64,000 bases of DNA from Candidatus Veblenbacteria bacterium. GTDB taxonomy: Bacteria > Patescibacteriota > Patescibacteriia > Veblenbacterales > UBA10138. The notes below the pieces were generated by a model. That model ran no database searches, was not told where the DNA came from, and saw only the letters and a program-made list of their open reading frames with translations. Shown one piece after another: positions 32,483-41,912 of this stretch. The position numbers and the translations under genes were made by a program. Numbering within the stretch: position 1 is the first letter of the stretch; every line of letters begins with the position of its first letter. Where the stretch lies: contig JAUYKG010000016.1 of NCBI GenBank assembly GCA_030700105.1, positions 2,863-66,862 of the forward strand, read 5' to 3'.

Positions 32483-34444
32483 ATGAAGACTACATTCAAT
32501 AAACCACCAGGTGAGGTGGAGGAACTTGACATTACACTCATTCGTGCCACCAACTACACAGATGATGGGTATCCAATACGTACGCGCAAGGGAGTTATCC
32601 GCAGTAATACGTTGACTCAAATGGCCACTTTGGTGCGTGATTTGCCTAGGTATCCTTTTTTTAAGGATTTAAGTATTAAAGTAAATCTTATTGACGAAGC
32701 TGTTCAGCTTGTACCCCTGAAGAGGATATTAAAACGGTCTCGGGTAAAGGGCGTAAAGGTTATAGTTCTAATGGTTGGTGTGCAGACCTGCCAGTACCCA
32801 AGGGCCTTGGATATCGCAAATTGGTTTCTACCACATGGCATCCCGGTTCTTATTGGTGGTTTCCACGTGAGTGGGATGCTGAGCATGATTGGCCAAACCA
32901 AAGATCTTACGGCGGCCATGGATAAGGGTGTAATTCTCGTTGCTGGTGAGGTTGAGGGTGATAGGCTACCCACGATTATAGAAGAGGTTGTGCTCGGTAG
33001 AGCCCGAAAACTCTATAATTATTTGAACCCGACGCCGGATCTCACCGATTTGCCAGTGCCTTTACTAACTCGGGAAGATTTAAAGCATTTTGCTTCGCCT
33101 TTCAGCACCATTGATAGCGGGCGCGGCTGTGTGTACACATGTAAGTTCTGTACCATTATAAACGTGCAGGGCAAAATCATGCGATATAGGGAACCAGCAC
33201 AGATAAAGGAGTTTGTTCGTCAGAACTATCATTCTACAGGGATTAGTCATTGTTTCTTTACGGATGATAATATGGCGCGCAATCCACGCTGCCGTGAGCT
33301 TTTTGGAGAGCTGGCTGAACTACGCGAGGAAGAGGGTATTCCCTTTACTTTTATGATGCAGGCGGACTTGGCAGCCAGAAGGATTAAGCCGGGTAATTTT
33401 TTTGAGCTAGCGGCCAGAGCCGGATGTAACCAAGTCTTTTTGGGCCTTGAGACCATGAATCCGCTTAACCTGAGAGCCGAAAGTAAATACCAGAATCGGG
33501 TAGGTGATTACGCTGATTTGGTCCAGCACTGTAATTCGTTGGGTATAACCTGCCATGCGGGCTACATTATTGGTTTTGAGTTTGATACCAGGGATAGTAT
33601 CCGTGAGGACATTGAGAAGTTAAAGGGGATTGGTTTTAATTCAGCTTCCTTTTACATTATTACACCTTTACCGGGGTCCGAGGATCACCAAACTTGGTAC
33701 CGGGAAGGCAAATGGATGCACCCTGATTTCAATACTTACGATTCCAATCATGTCGCAGTTCTGCCCAAAAGCATGTCGGTAGAAGAATTAGCACAAACTC
33801 ACCAGGATGTTTGGGAGTGGTTCTATACCACCGAACATATGGCCAGTGTGCTCAAGGGTTGGCGCGAAAATAATAAACACTATTGGGGACAGTTGTTTTT
33901 TTACGCCTGGTATTTGTACGCCTCGCGAATTGAGCGACTTCATCCTATGAACTGCGGTTTCTGGACCGTGCGGCAGCGCAAGGGGCGCCGCCCAGGCTTC
34001 CCCAGAGAAGCGTTCATACCTTTCTGGTGGGGGAGGGCAGTGGCTGCTGGGCAGCGTCTGAGTGGGCTTGTGAAGCTATTCTTCCAGTTGGAAGAGGTGT
34101 GGCTCCGCAGCAGACCAGAAAGCAAGGCGGAGCAAGCTCTCCATGAATTAATGGTTAATACCAGGAAAGATTTTGCTGATTGGCGAGATGTCACGATCGG
34201 TGAGCTAGCTGCGTTATACCGTAAGTTACACGCGGACATGCCAGACGTAAGGATTCCGTCAGGTGTAAGCTTGTGGTTAAAAAAACATATTGCCTGGGCT
34301 CATTCAAGAATGCATGCTGATTATATATGGCGTCATTGGTATAAACACTTCTGGAACCCATTTAGTTGGATGGAAGTCTGGCTGTTTGAAATCATTAATG
34401 GCTCACGCTTCCTCCTTCGGTTATTAACCGAAGGAACCAGATAA
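32483..34444 (+). CDS. Cobalamin-binding-like radical SAM protein
   Basis: RGCVYTCKFC (CxxxCxxC), IGGFHVS, GEVEG, FTDDN, TPLPGS. Confidence 0.88.
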   Translation: MKTTFNKPPGEVEELDITLIRATNYTDDGYPIRTRKGVIRSNTLTQMATLVRDLPRYPFFKDLSIKVNLIDEAVQLVPLKRILKRSRVKGVKVIVLMVGVQTCQYPRALDIANWFLPHGIPVLIGGFHVSGMLSMIGQTKDLTAAMDKGVILVAGEVEGDRLPTIIEEVVLGRARKLYNYLNPTPDLTDLPVPLLTREDLKHFASPFSTIDSGRGCVYTCKFCTIINVQGKIMRYREPAQIKEFVRQNYHSTGISHCFFTDDNMARNPRCRELFGELAELREEEGIPFTFMMQADLAARRIKPGNFFELAARAGCNQVFLGLETMNPLNLRAESKYQNRVGDYADLVQHCNSLGITCHAGYIIGFEFDTRDSIREDIEKLKGIGFNSASFYIITPLPGSEDHQTWYREGKWMHPDFNTYDSNHVAVLPKSMSVEELAQTHQDVWEWFYTTEHMASVLKGWRENNKHYWGQLFFYAWYLYASRIERLHPMNCGFWTVRQRKGRRPGFPREAFIPFWWGRAVAAGQRLSGLVKLFFQLEEVWLRSRPESKAEQALHELMVNTRKDFADWRDVTIGELAALYRKLHADMPDVRIPSGVSLWLKKHIAWAHSRMHADYIWRHWYKHFWNPFSWMEVWLFEIINGSRFLLRLLTEGTR

Positions 34445-34450
34445 TTCAAA

Positions 34451-34478
34451 GGCCTCGTCTATGAAATTAGACGAGGCC
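34451..34478 (+). terminator. Hairpin after the radical SAM gene
   Basis: GGCCTCGTCTA/TAGACGAGGCC 11-bp stem. Confidence 0.7.
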
Positions 34479-34502
34479 GATTTATTGATTATTTATTAAC
34501 CC

Positions 34503-34531
34503 TTGCCAGGGCTGGCGGGGCGTGGTAGTAT
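34503..34531 (+). promoter_or_regulatory. Sigma70 promoter for secE-nusG-rplK-rplA
   Basis: TTGCCA-17 nt-TAGTAT with extended TG. Confidence 0.6.
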
Positions 34532-34677
34532 AGCGTTGTCAGTCAGAAAAGGCCCCCGAGGGCCTTTTAAAAGAGGCCATTTTAAGCAACTAGTAGTTAG
34601 CCAATAGCAAGGGTTTTTAATCATTGCTTAGCTATGAAACACTAGTGGCGAGTGGCTAGGAACTAATCACTACCCTT

Positions 34678-34869
34678 ATGGCAAATCCGTTAGTTACCTA
34701 CTTCAAAGGGGCTTTTGAAGAGCTTAAGAAAGTGGTGTGGCCTACCAAGCGCGAAATCCTCCAGCACACGCTGGTGGTGGTTGGGTTGTCATTGGCTCTA
34801 GCCATTTTTTTGGGCGCCGTAGACTATCTTCTAAACATGGGACTGGAGCAGCTTTTGCTTAGTCGGTAA
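34678..34869 (+). CDS. secE: Preprotein translocase subunit SecE
   Basis: ELKKVVWPT plus one TM helix. Confidence 0.95.
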   Translation: MANPLVTYFKGAFEELKKVVWPTKREILQHTLVVVGLSLALAIFLGAVDYLLNMGLEQLLLSR

Positions 34870-34875
34870 GCGCGT

Positions 34876-35421
34876 ATGTCACGACAGATTACTCAGCAGA
34901 GCAGGCGGTGGTACGCCATTCATACCTATTCAGGCTACGAGGAGAACGTGTCTCGTAACCTCAGGCAGCGTATAGAGAGCATGGATATGGCAGACAAAAT
35001 TTTTAACGTACTCATTCCCACTGAAAAGAAGATCCGCATCAAGAATGGGAAGCGCAAGGTAATAGAGGAAAAGATATTTCCCGGTTACGTGCTGGTGGAA
35101 ATGCTGGTAACCGACGACAGTTGGTACGTGGTTCGTAACACCCCCAACGTTACCGGGTTCATTGGCACCGGCACTACGCCTACGCCGATCGCCGAAGGTG
35201 AAATTAAGGAGCTGCAGAAGCGCATGGGCATTCAGGAGCCCAAGTACCAAATCGACGTTACGCCCGGCACGCCAGTTAAGATTATCGACGGCCCGTTCAA
35301 GGACTTTGAAGGCAAGGTGGCCGAGGTGGACGAGGCCCGGGGCAAGATTAAGGCACTGGTTTCCATGTTCGGCCGCGAAACGCCTGTTGAGCTCGATAGT
35401 TTGCAAATCCAGAAGCTCTAA
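34876..35421 (+). CDS. nusG: Transcription termination/antitermination factor NusG
   Basis: WYAIHTYSGYE, FPGYVLV, KOW domain, MFGRETPVEL. Confidence 0.98.
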   Translation: MSRQITQQSRRWYAIHTYSGYEENVSRNLRQRIESMDMADKIFNVLIPTEKKIRIKNGKRKVIEEKIFPGYVLVEMLVTDDSWYVVRNTPNVTGFIGTGTTPTPIAEGEIKELQKRMGIQEPKYQIDVTPGTPVKIIDGPFKDFEGKVAEVDEARGKIKALVSMFGRETPVELDSLQIQKL

Positions 35422-35487
35422 TTAGCAATTCGCCAATGGTCCCTGGCCACGAGTGGCTATTGGCTAAGAACTAGGAACTAAATTCAT

Positions 35488-35913
35488 ATGGCCAAGAAGA
35501 TAAAAACAGTCATTAAGCTCCAGATTCCGGGTGGTAAAGCCACGCCGGCGCCGCCGGTTGGTACTGCGCTTGGGCCTCATGGGCTCAACATTGCCGAGTT
35601 CGTAAAGAAATTCAACGACGCGAGCAAGGACCGCATGGGCGAGGTAACTCCGGTTGAGCTCACGGTGTACGAGGATCGTACCTATACATTCATCCTGAAA
35701 ACACCTCCGGCGGCCGAGCTTTTGAAAAAGGCAGCCAAGATAGAGAAGGGCTCTGGCAAGCCCTTGCAGGAAAAGGTGGGTAAGGTTACAAAAAAGCAGA
35801 TAGAGGAAATAGCTAAAATTAAAATGCCCGACCTCAATGCCAACGATATTAAGGCGGCTATGAAGATCATCGAAGGCACGGCCCGTAACATGGGTATCGT
35901 GGTAGAAGGCTAA
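35488..35913 (+). CDS. rplK: 50S ribosomal protein L11
   Basis: [19 protein letters not shown]. Confidence 0.98.
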   Translation: MAKKIKTVIKLQIPGGKATPAPPVGTALGPHGLNIAEFVKKFNDASKDRMGEVTPVELTVYEDRTYTFILKTPPAAELLKKAAKIEKGSGKPLQEKVGKVTKKQIEEIAKIKMPDLNANDIKAAMKIIEGTARNMGIVVEG

Positions 35914-36100
35914 AGGCCTTAAGTGAGCCAACTGTTTGGCTTACGTCGCCACGATACGGGCGAGGCGATGCCAGTGGCCGCCGAGCCCAAGGGGCGCCAC
36001 AAAGGACCTGACGAACTGATTAGTACAACTCAAGTTTACAACACGTTTGAGTAAGGGCTAAAAGCCTTAGCGAGGTAAGGATTTTTTAACTTATTATTCT

Positions 36101-36138
36101 GGTGGGACCTTTCGTGCAACGAAGGGGCTTGCACCACC
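36101..36138 (+). promoter_or_regulatory. Putative L1-binding autoregulatory leader of rplA
   Basis: GGTGGGA-stem-loop-…ACCACC mimics the L1 site found between rplK and rplA in Terrabacteria; sits just before the AAAGGA SD. Confidence 0.65.
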
Positions 36139-36153
36139 TGAAAGGAATTCTGT

Positions 36154-36840
36154 ATGCCAAGACGGAGTAAGCGTTATCAGGCTGCTGCCAAACTGTTGGA
36201 GCCTGGCAAAACGTACACAATTGCGGAGGCGGTAAAGATTATTAAGCAGATGCCCGCCACCAAGTTTGATGCGGCGGTGGAGGTGCACGCTAAATTGGGT
36301 GTGGATGTAAAGCAGGCCAATCAACAGGTGCGGGGCAGCGTCAGCTTGCCGCACGGTACGGGCAAGAAGATTCGCATCGCCGTGTTTTGTGGCGAGGATA
36401 AGGCGAAAGAGGCCAAGGCAGCTGGTGCCGCAGTGGTTGGTGGGGAGGAATTGGTGAAAGAGATACAAGCCACGGGCAAGTGCGATTTTGATATTGCCAT
36501 AGCCGCGCCCGATATGATGAAGCAACTGGCACCCATTGCCAAGATTTTGGGACAGAAGGGCCTCATGCCCAACCCCAAGACCGAAACTATTACGCCGAAC
36601 GTGGCTGATGCGGTGGGCAAGCTACAGGCGGGCAAGGTGAATTTTAAAGCTGATGACACCGCCAATGTGCACATTATGGTGGGCAAGCTCTCGTTCGAGG
36701 AAGATAAGCTGGTGGGGAACATTGGGGCCTTGGCTGAGGTCTTAAAACGCATCCGCCCGGCGGCGACCAAAGGCACATACCTGCAGCGCGTCGTGCTGGC
36801 TACCTCTATGGGTCCGGCCGTGCCCATTAGCCTGGCCTAG
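36154..36840 (+). CDS. rplA: 50S ribosomal protein L1
   Basis: VRGSVSLPHGTGK, GLMPNPK, TSMGP. Confidence 0.98.
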   Translation: MPRRSKRYQAAAKLLEPGKTYTIAEAVKIIKQMPATKFDAAVEVHAKLGVDVKQANQQVRGSVSLPHGTGKKIRIAVFCGEDKAKEAKAAGAAVVGGEELVKEIQATGKCDFDIAIAAPDMMKQLAPIAKILGQKGLMPNPKTETITPNVADAVGKLQAGKVNFKADDTANVHIMVGKLSFEEDKLVGNIGALAEVLKRIRPAATKGTYLQRVVLATSMGPAVPISLA

Positions 36841-36900
36841 TATTTTTGGCTATAGTGCATAGTGCTAAGAGATAAAGTCTAAGTACTAAGTACCAAAGCT

Positions 36901-37461
36901 ATGATCCTTTCCGACCGCGATATTAAGGCAGCCTTGAAAGAGGGGAGAATAGGCGTGGAGCCTCTGTATGAGGGTGCCATTCAGCCGGCTTCGGTTGATT
37001 TGCACCTGGATAATAAGTTCCTCATCTTTCGCAATACCGAGCATGCCTTTATCGACGTGAAGGAGCCCATTGCCGACCTCATGGAAGAGGTGGTTATAGA
37101 TTCCAATCGTCCATTCGTTATTCACCCCGGTGAATTTGCGCTTGGGGTAACCGAGGAGAAAATTACACTGGCGGCGGATATGGTGGCTCGTCTGGAAGGC
37201 AAATCCAGCCTGGGGCGCATTGGCATTATCATTCACGCCACAGCAGGATTTATTGATCCAGGTAACTCCTTAAGGCCTACGCTTGAGCTTCATAATATAG
37301 GTAATCTTCCTGTGAAGCTGTATTACAAGATGCCCATAGCCCAAATTGCTTTCATGCCTTTGTCTTCACCAGCTGAGCACCCCTACGATAAGTCCCACAA
37401 ATACTACGGCGCCACCGAACCGCAAGCCTCTAAGATGCACGAGAATTTTGAAAAGGAGTAA
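36901..37461 (+). CDS. dcd: dCTP deaminase
   Basis: MILSDRDI, IQPASVDL, EGKSSLGRIG, AGFIDPG. Confidence 0.95.
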   Translation: MILSDRDIKAALKEGRIGVEPLYEGAIQPASVDLHLDNKFLIFRNTEHAFIDVKEPIADLMEEVVIDSNRPFVIHPGEFALGVTEEKITLAADMVARLEGKSSLGRIGIIIHATAGFIDPGNSLRPTLELHNIGNLPVKLYYKMPIAQIAFMPLSSPAEHPYDKSHKYYGATEPQASKMHENFEKE

Positions 37462-37467
37462 AAAGCC

Positions 37468-38064
37468 ATGACGCGCTCCAAGCCGCTACGTCGTTCTCGA
37501 GGAATAACCAGTCCGGTCGTGGTTGTTTTTGTAGGGGAAAAGCTTTCCGGCAAAGAGCAGGCCGCGCAGTACCTGGTGAAAAAGTATGGTTTCCACGGCT
37601 ATCACTTTTCCCGCATTCTCACAGACATTCTGCAACGGCTTCATCTACCTGTGAGTCGGATGAATCAAATGCACCTGGTGGGCGCTTTGCGTGAGCGTTT
37701 TGGCGGTGGTGTACTGGCCGAGGTTATTAAACAGGACATTCTTAAGCACGGCTATAAGCGCGTAGTGCTGGACGGTCTTAGGCACCCGGCCGAATATGAT
37801 GCGCTAAAAGTATTACCAGGCTTCCTCTTGGTGTATCTTACTGCTCCGCTTAACGTACGTTACCAGCGAGCGCGCCAGCGCCGAGAAAAGGCCGGAGAGC
37901 ACCGCCTGAGCCTGCAGGACTTTAAGCGGGAGGAAAAGTTGGTAACCGAGGTATTTATTAGTAAGTTAGGCCACAAGGCTAAGGTTAAAGTGGTGAACGA
38001 GGGCAGTTTATCCGAGCTTTATCATAGGCTTGAGGAAGAGCTAGTTAAACCGTACCTGCTGTGA
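37468..38064 (+). CDS. P-loop nucleotide kinase (dephospho-CoA/dNMP kinase-like)
   Basis: GEKLSGK, LDGLRHPAE, TAPLNVRYQR, VVNEGSL. Confidence 0.75.
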   Translation: MTRSKPLRRSRGITSPVVVVFVGEKLSGKEQAAQYLVKKYGFHGYHFSRILTDILQRLHLPVSRMNQMHLVGALRERFGGGVLAEVIKQDILKHGYKRVVLDGLRHPAEYDALKVLPGFLLVYLTAPLNVRYQRARQRREKAGEHRLSLQDFKREEKLVTEVFISKLGHKAKVKVVNEGSLSELYHRLEEELVKPYLL

Positions 38065-38483
38065 AGCTCGAAGTAAAAAAACTGGATCCCCGCGCCAAGC
38101 TGCCGGTTTACTTTTTTCCGGGTGATGCGGGGCTAAACCTGTTTGCGGTGGAGGATGTGGTTATTCCTGCTCACGAACGCGTAATGATAACGACTGGGCT
38201 CTCGCTGGCTGTACCAGGGGGGTATGTTGGGTTGGTGCACGATCGGTCCAGCATGGCGGCCAAGGCTGGGGTGCACGCTCTGGCTGGCGTTATAGATGCC
38301 GGGTTTAGGGGCGAGTTTAAACTCGTTTTTCTGAATACCAGCAACGATGATTACAAAATATCGGCCGGAGACAAAGTGGCACAGTTTTTAATCCAGCCGG
38401 TGGAACGGGTGGAAGTGGTGGAGGTAGAGGAGCTTCCGCCTACCGAAAGGGGGGCGGGTGGTTTTGGCAGCACAGGTAAGTAA
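38061..38483 (+). CDS. dut: dUTP diphosphatase
   Basis: GDAG, DRSS, GVIDAGFRGE, ERGAGGFGSTG. Confidence 0.95.
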   Translation: MKLEVKKLDPRAKLPVYFFPGDAGLNLFAVEDVVIPAHERVMITTGLSLAVPGGYVGLVHDRSSMAAKAGVHALAGVIDAGFRGEFKLVFLNTSNDDYKISAGDKVAQFLIQPVERVEVVEVEELPPTERGAGGFGSTGK

Positions 38484-38513
38484 AAAACCTGGGCTTTGAA
38501 AGTCCAGGTTTTT
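38483..38513. terminator. Bidirectional terminator between dut and the phosphorylase
   Basis: AAAAACCTGGGCTTT/AAAGTCCAGGTTTTT. Confidence 0.8.
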
Positions 38514-38536
38514 AGTTTGGATAGGTTATTTGGGGC

Positions 38537-39412
38537 TTACTGGGCCCCGACAGTTTCTTCGCAATGAGCCACAGCTGACGCTACACCTGTGAGTAGCTTG
38601 ATGTTATCTTCTTTATGCTGTTCCATTCGGTTTTTGTTCAATTGGTGGGAATCCTTTTCTAACCAATCGTTTGAGATAAACGCCAGCGCCAAGACCTCCA
38701 TAGGGGGATACTGTGCGGCAACGGCGGCTTCGGTTAAGATGCTCATACCAACACAGCAAGCGCCATCTCTATGGAGAATATCTTTATCGCGTTTTCTTCC
38801 TTCCAAATCCGGTCCGCAAACCATAGCATAGGTGCCATTCTTCCACCAGCGTCGTGTTGGGTAGCTTGTTTGAGCGATCTTAATAAGATCAGGTGACAGT
38901 GCGTCTTCTGCCGAGTTGAATTCTCCGCCGAACAGCGGCCTTTTCGGTGCATACAGAGTGATAAAACCATCGATAAGGACAACGTCGCCAACTTCAGGAT
39001 GTAATCCCCCCCTAATGCCGATACTGCCAGCGGCGCAGGTCAGAATAAGTTTTTTAACCCCCATATAAGGTAGCATCTCAATTTGTAGCCTAACCATTTT
39101 AATAAGTTCAGGGTTCATTATGGTTTCATTCATGTGGAAGCGGCCATTCAAGACTAAGATTGGTTCGCCGTCAACGTAGCCAAGCTGGATTGTTCGAGCA
39201 TGGCCATCAAGGCCAGGAAGATTAGATACCTCTGGCAGAGGTAGCCAGTGGAATGGTACGGGTTCTTTTTTCGGTGGGGTATCAAAAACAATAGTATTAT
39301 TTAATCCTGTCCCAAGGACTATAGCTGTTGAAACCTCCTCTATTTTAAAGTAATTTTTTAAGTACTTGGCAGCTATTTCGGCTGCTGTGGCGGCAGATTG
39401 TTTTGTATACAT
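38537..39412 (-). CDS. Purine nucleoside phosphorylase (trimeric PNP/MTAP family), divergent
   Basis: AIVLGTGL, GH, GRFH, LTCAAGS, GP..E, VGMS…EA, ISN; AGGAG SD. Confidence 0.8.
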   Translation of the reverse strand: MYTKQSAATAAEIAAKYLKNYFKIEEVSTAIVLGTGLNNTIVFDTPPKKEPVPFHWLPLPEVSNLPGLDGHARTIQLGYVDGEPILVLNGRFHMNETIMNPELIKMVRLQIEMLPYMGVKKLILTCAAGSIGIRGGLHPEVGDVVLIDGFITLYAPKRPLFGGEFNSAEDALSPDLIKIAQTSYPTRRWWKNGTYAMVCGPDLEGRKRDKDILHRDGACCVGMSILTEAAVAAQYPPMEVLALAFISNDWLEKDSHQLNKNRMEQHKEDNIKLLTGVASAVAHCEETVGAQ

Positions 39413-39500
39413 AATATTTCTCCTATATTTTGTTTATGATTTGTTTGTTTTGTGATTTGGGGCTATCTTACAGGAGTATACGCTAACCAGTCAATTTGCC

Positions 39501-40424
39501 ATGCAGCAATACTTAAGCCTTTTGGAGGAAATATTGGAAAAAGGGGAAGAGCGCCAGGACCGTACCGGTGTGGGCACCATTTCCTTGTTTGGCGCGCAGC
39601 GTAAGTACGACCTGCGCCAGGGCTTCCCTTTGGTTACCACCAAAAAGGTTAACTTCCGTAATATCGCGGTGGAATTGTTGTGGTTTTTGCGGGGCGATAC
39701 GCACATTCGTTACCTGGTGCAGAACGGCGTAAACATCTGGAACGAATGGGCGTTTCAGGTGTACCTGGATGAGAATAAGCTGGCGGAAAAGTTCCAGCGC
39801 TACAGTGAGGAGTGGAAAGTGGAAATGCAGAAATTCGTGGACCAAGTGCGTGAGAGCGAGGAATTCGCCCAAAAGTGGGGCGAGCTCGGGCCGGTGTACG
39901 GCAAGCAGTGGCGGCGTTGGGGTACGGCCGACGGCAGGGAGATAGACCAGATAGCTCAGGCCTTGGAACTCATTAAGAAAGATCCGTACTCACGGCGCAT
40001 TATCGTAAACGGTTGGAACGTAGGAGAAATGCAGGGGCTTATTAAGGCCAAACACCACGCGCCGCCTTCTTGCCACACTGTGTTCCAGTTCTACGTAGCA
40101 GGCAGTCGCTTGGACTTGCAGCTTTACCAGCGTAGTGCCGATATGGCCTTGGGAGTGCCCTACAACATCGCTTCGTACGCCGCTCTGTTAACGGTTATGG
40201 CGCAGGAGACTGGGCTTACACCAGGTATTTTCACACACACCCTGGGTGACGCGCACATTTACCTTAATCACGTAGAAGGGGTAAGGGAGCAGCTTACGCG
40301 TCAGCCGTACCCATTGCCGGGCCTTATGCTCGCTCGTAAACCAATGGCAGAGCTTGGGGCCGATGATTTTGTGATAGAGAACTACCAATTTCACCCCTTT
40401 ATTAAGTTCCAGATAGCGGTGTAG
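39501..40424 (+). CDS. thyA: Thymidylate synthase
   Basis: [25 protein letters not shown]…GVPYN. Confidence 0.97.
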   Translation: MQQYLSLLEEILEKGEERQDRTGVGTISLFGAQRKYDLRQGFPLVTTKKVNFRNIAVELLWFLRGDTHIRYLVQNGVNIWNEWAFQVYLDENKLAEKFQRYSEEWKVEMQKFVDQVRESEEFAQKWGELGPVYGKQWRRWGTADGREIDQIAQALELIKKDPYSRRIIVNGWNVGEMQGLIKAKHHAPPSCHTVFQFYVAGSRLDLQLYQRSADMALGVPYNIASYAALLTVMAQETGLTPGIFTHTLGDAHIYLNHVEGVREQLTRQPYPLPGLMLARKPMAELGADDFVIENYQFHPFIKFQIAV

Positions 40425-40425
40425 T

Positions 40426-40932
40426 ATGGCATTCTCGGTGATTGCAGCGATGGACAGCAAGCGGGGTGTAGGCAAGGGAGGTGTGATACCCTGGCGGCTT
40501 AAGGGCGATTTGGAGCACTTTCGAGAAATTACGGTTGGCCAGGGTAAGAACGCGGTTATTATGGGCCGCGCCACCTGGCTCTCGTTACCGGAGAAGTTCA
40601 GGCCCTTGTCGGGGCGAGTGAATGTCGTGCTTAGCCGGGGCCCGCTTGAACTGCCAGCTGGAGTACTGCACGCCGGTTCACTCCCAGAGGCGCTTGAGCT
40701 TTTTGCGGGCCAACCTATAGAGGAAATTTTTATCATAGGCGGCGGGCAGGTGTACGCTGAGGCCATTGGGCACCCGGCTTGCAAAAAAATTTATCTTACG
40801 GAAGTGGATGGTGAGTTTGGTTGTGATACGTTCTTTCCGGAAATTCCAGCCATGTTCCAGCGTGCCAGTACATTGGAGCCTATGAGTGAAGGAGAATTTA
40901 AGTATCGGTTCGTTACCTATGAAAAGGCCTAA
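40426..40932 (+). CDS. folA: Dihydrofolate reductase
   Basis: IPW…D..HF, VIMGRATW.S, RPLSGR, IIGGGQVY. Confidence 0.96.
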   Translation: MAFSVIAAMDSKRGVGKGGVIPWRLKGDLEHFREITVGQGKNAVIMGRATWLSLPEKFRPLSGRVNVVLSRGPLELPAGVLHAGSLPEALELFAGQPIEEIFIIGGGQVYAEAIGHPACKKIYLTEVDGEFGCDTFFPEIPAMFQRASTLEPMSEGEFKYRFVTYEKA

Positions 40933-41605
40933 ACGCGGTACGTTCATAGTTATAGAGGGCACCGACGGTTCGGGCAAGGGCACGCAGTTCAAACTGCTGG
41001 TGGCGGCTTTACGGCGAGCGGGAAAAAAGGTGGCTACGCTGGATTTTCCACAGTACGGCAAGCCATCGGCCTATTTTATTGAACAATACCTAAACGGGAA
41101 ATACGGAAAGAACGGTGACGTTTCACCATATGAAGCTTCACTTTTTTATTCTTTTGATAGGTATGCTGCCAAGCGGCAGCTCGTGGAGTGGTTACGAGAG
41201 GGAAGGGTAGTAGTTGCGAATCGCTTCACACTTTCAAATGCGGCGCACCAGGGCGGTAAGATACAATCGGATTCAGCCCGGCGTAAGTACTGGCAGTGGC
41301 TGTTTAATTTGGAGTTTAATGTTTTAGGTTTGCCCAGGCCGGACGTTACTATTTTTCTTCATATGCCAGCGGTTACGGCACAGAAGTTGGTATTGCGTAA
41401 GGCCCCGCGCCGGTACCTTAAGCTTGGTGTAAAAAAGGATATTCACGAGGCAGATTTGAGGCATCTTAAGGCTGCGGAGAAACAGTACGTAATTCTTGCT
41501 AGGAAAGTCGGGGCGAGAACGGTTGAATGTGTGGAAAAGGGTAGACTCTTGACGTCAAAGGAGATTCATAATAGGGTTCTAAGCATAATAATAAAATTAC
41601 TATAG
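40919..41605 (+). CDS. tmk: Thymidylate kinase
   Basis: FIVIEGTDGSGKGTQ, DFPQY, PRPD; start at ATG 40919. Confidence 0.92.
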   Translation: MKRPKRGTFIVIEGTDGSGKGTQFKLLVAALRRAGKKVATLDFPQYGKPSAYFIEQYLNGKYGKNGDVSPYEASLFYSFDRYAAKRQLVEWLREGRVVVANRFTLSNAAHQGGKIQSDSARRKYWQWLFNLEFNVLGLPRPDVTIFLHMPAVTAQKLVLRKAPRRYLKLGVKKDIHEADLRHLKAAEKQYVILARKVGARTVECVEKGRLLTSKEIHNRVLSIIIKLL

Positions 41606-41633
41606 TAGTTAACTAAACAAAAAGTGAGGAAAA

Positions 41634-41813
41634 ATGAAAAAAATAAAAAAGAAAAAGCATAGTATGCGGGCGCGGCGGCGTTATCTTACGAAACGCATCA
41701 TGGATGCTTTTCGTAACCTTAATGAGGCTGCTTGGGCCTTTCGCAATTTAGATTTTAGTCTTCATGAATTAAAGGATGAACCCGATCTTTCTGGGTTTGT
41801 CCGTATAATATAA
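41634..41813 (+). CDS. Small basic hypothetical protein, 59 aa (not in the ORF track)
   Basis: GTGAGGA SD; MKKIKKKKHSMRARRRYLTKRIMDAFRNLNEAAW…VRII*; followed by a terminator. Confidence 0.6.
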   Translation: MKKIKKKKHSMRARRRYLTKRIMDAFRNLNEAAWAFRNLDFSLHELKDEPDLSGFVRII

Positions 41814-41834
41814 ATTTAGTTTATTGCATTTCCA

Positions 41835-41864
41835 CTCAGCCTTTTAATCAGGCTGAGCTTTTTT
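41835..41864 (+). terminator. Intrinsic terminator
   Basis: CTCAGCCT/AGGCTGAG plus T-run. Confidence 0.75.
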
Positions 41865-41912
41865 ATGGTCGCCGGCTCCTCACTTTTTTTGCCGTTATGT
41901 TAGAATAAGGGC

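Noticed and set aside
36008..36030. Hammerhead ribozyme core (CTGACGA followed by a small stem)
   Set aside because: The required GAAA is replaced by ACAA, and stems I and III are not evident.
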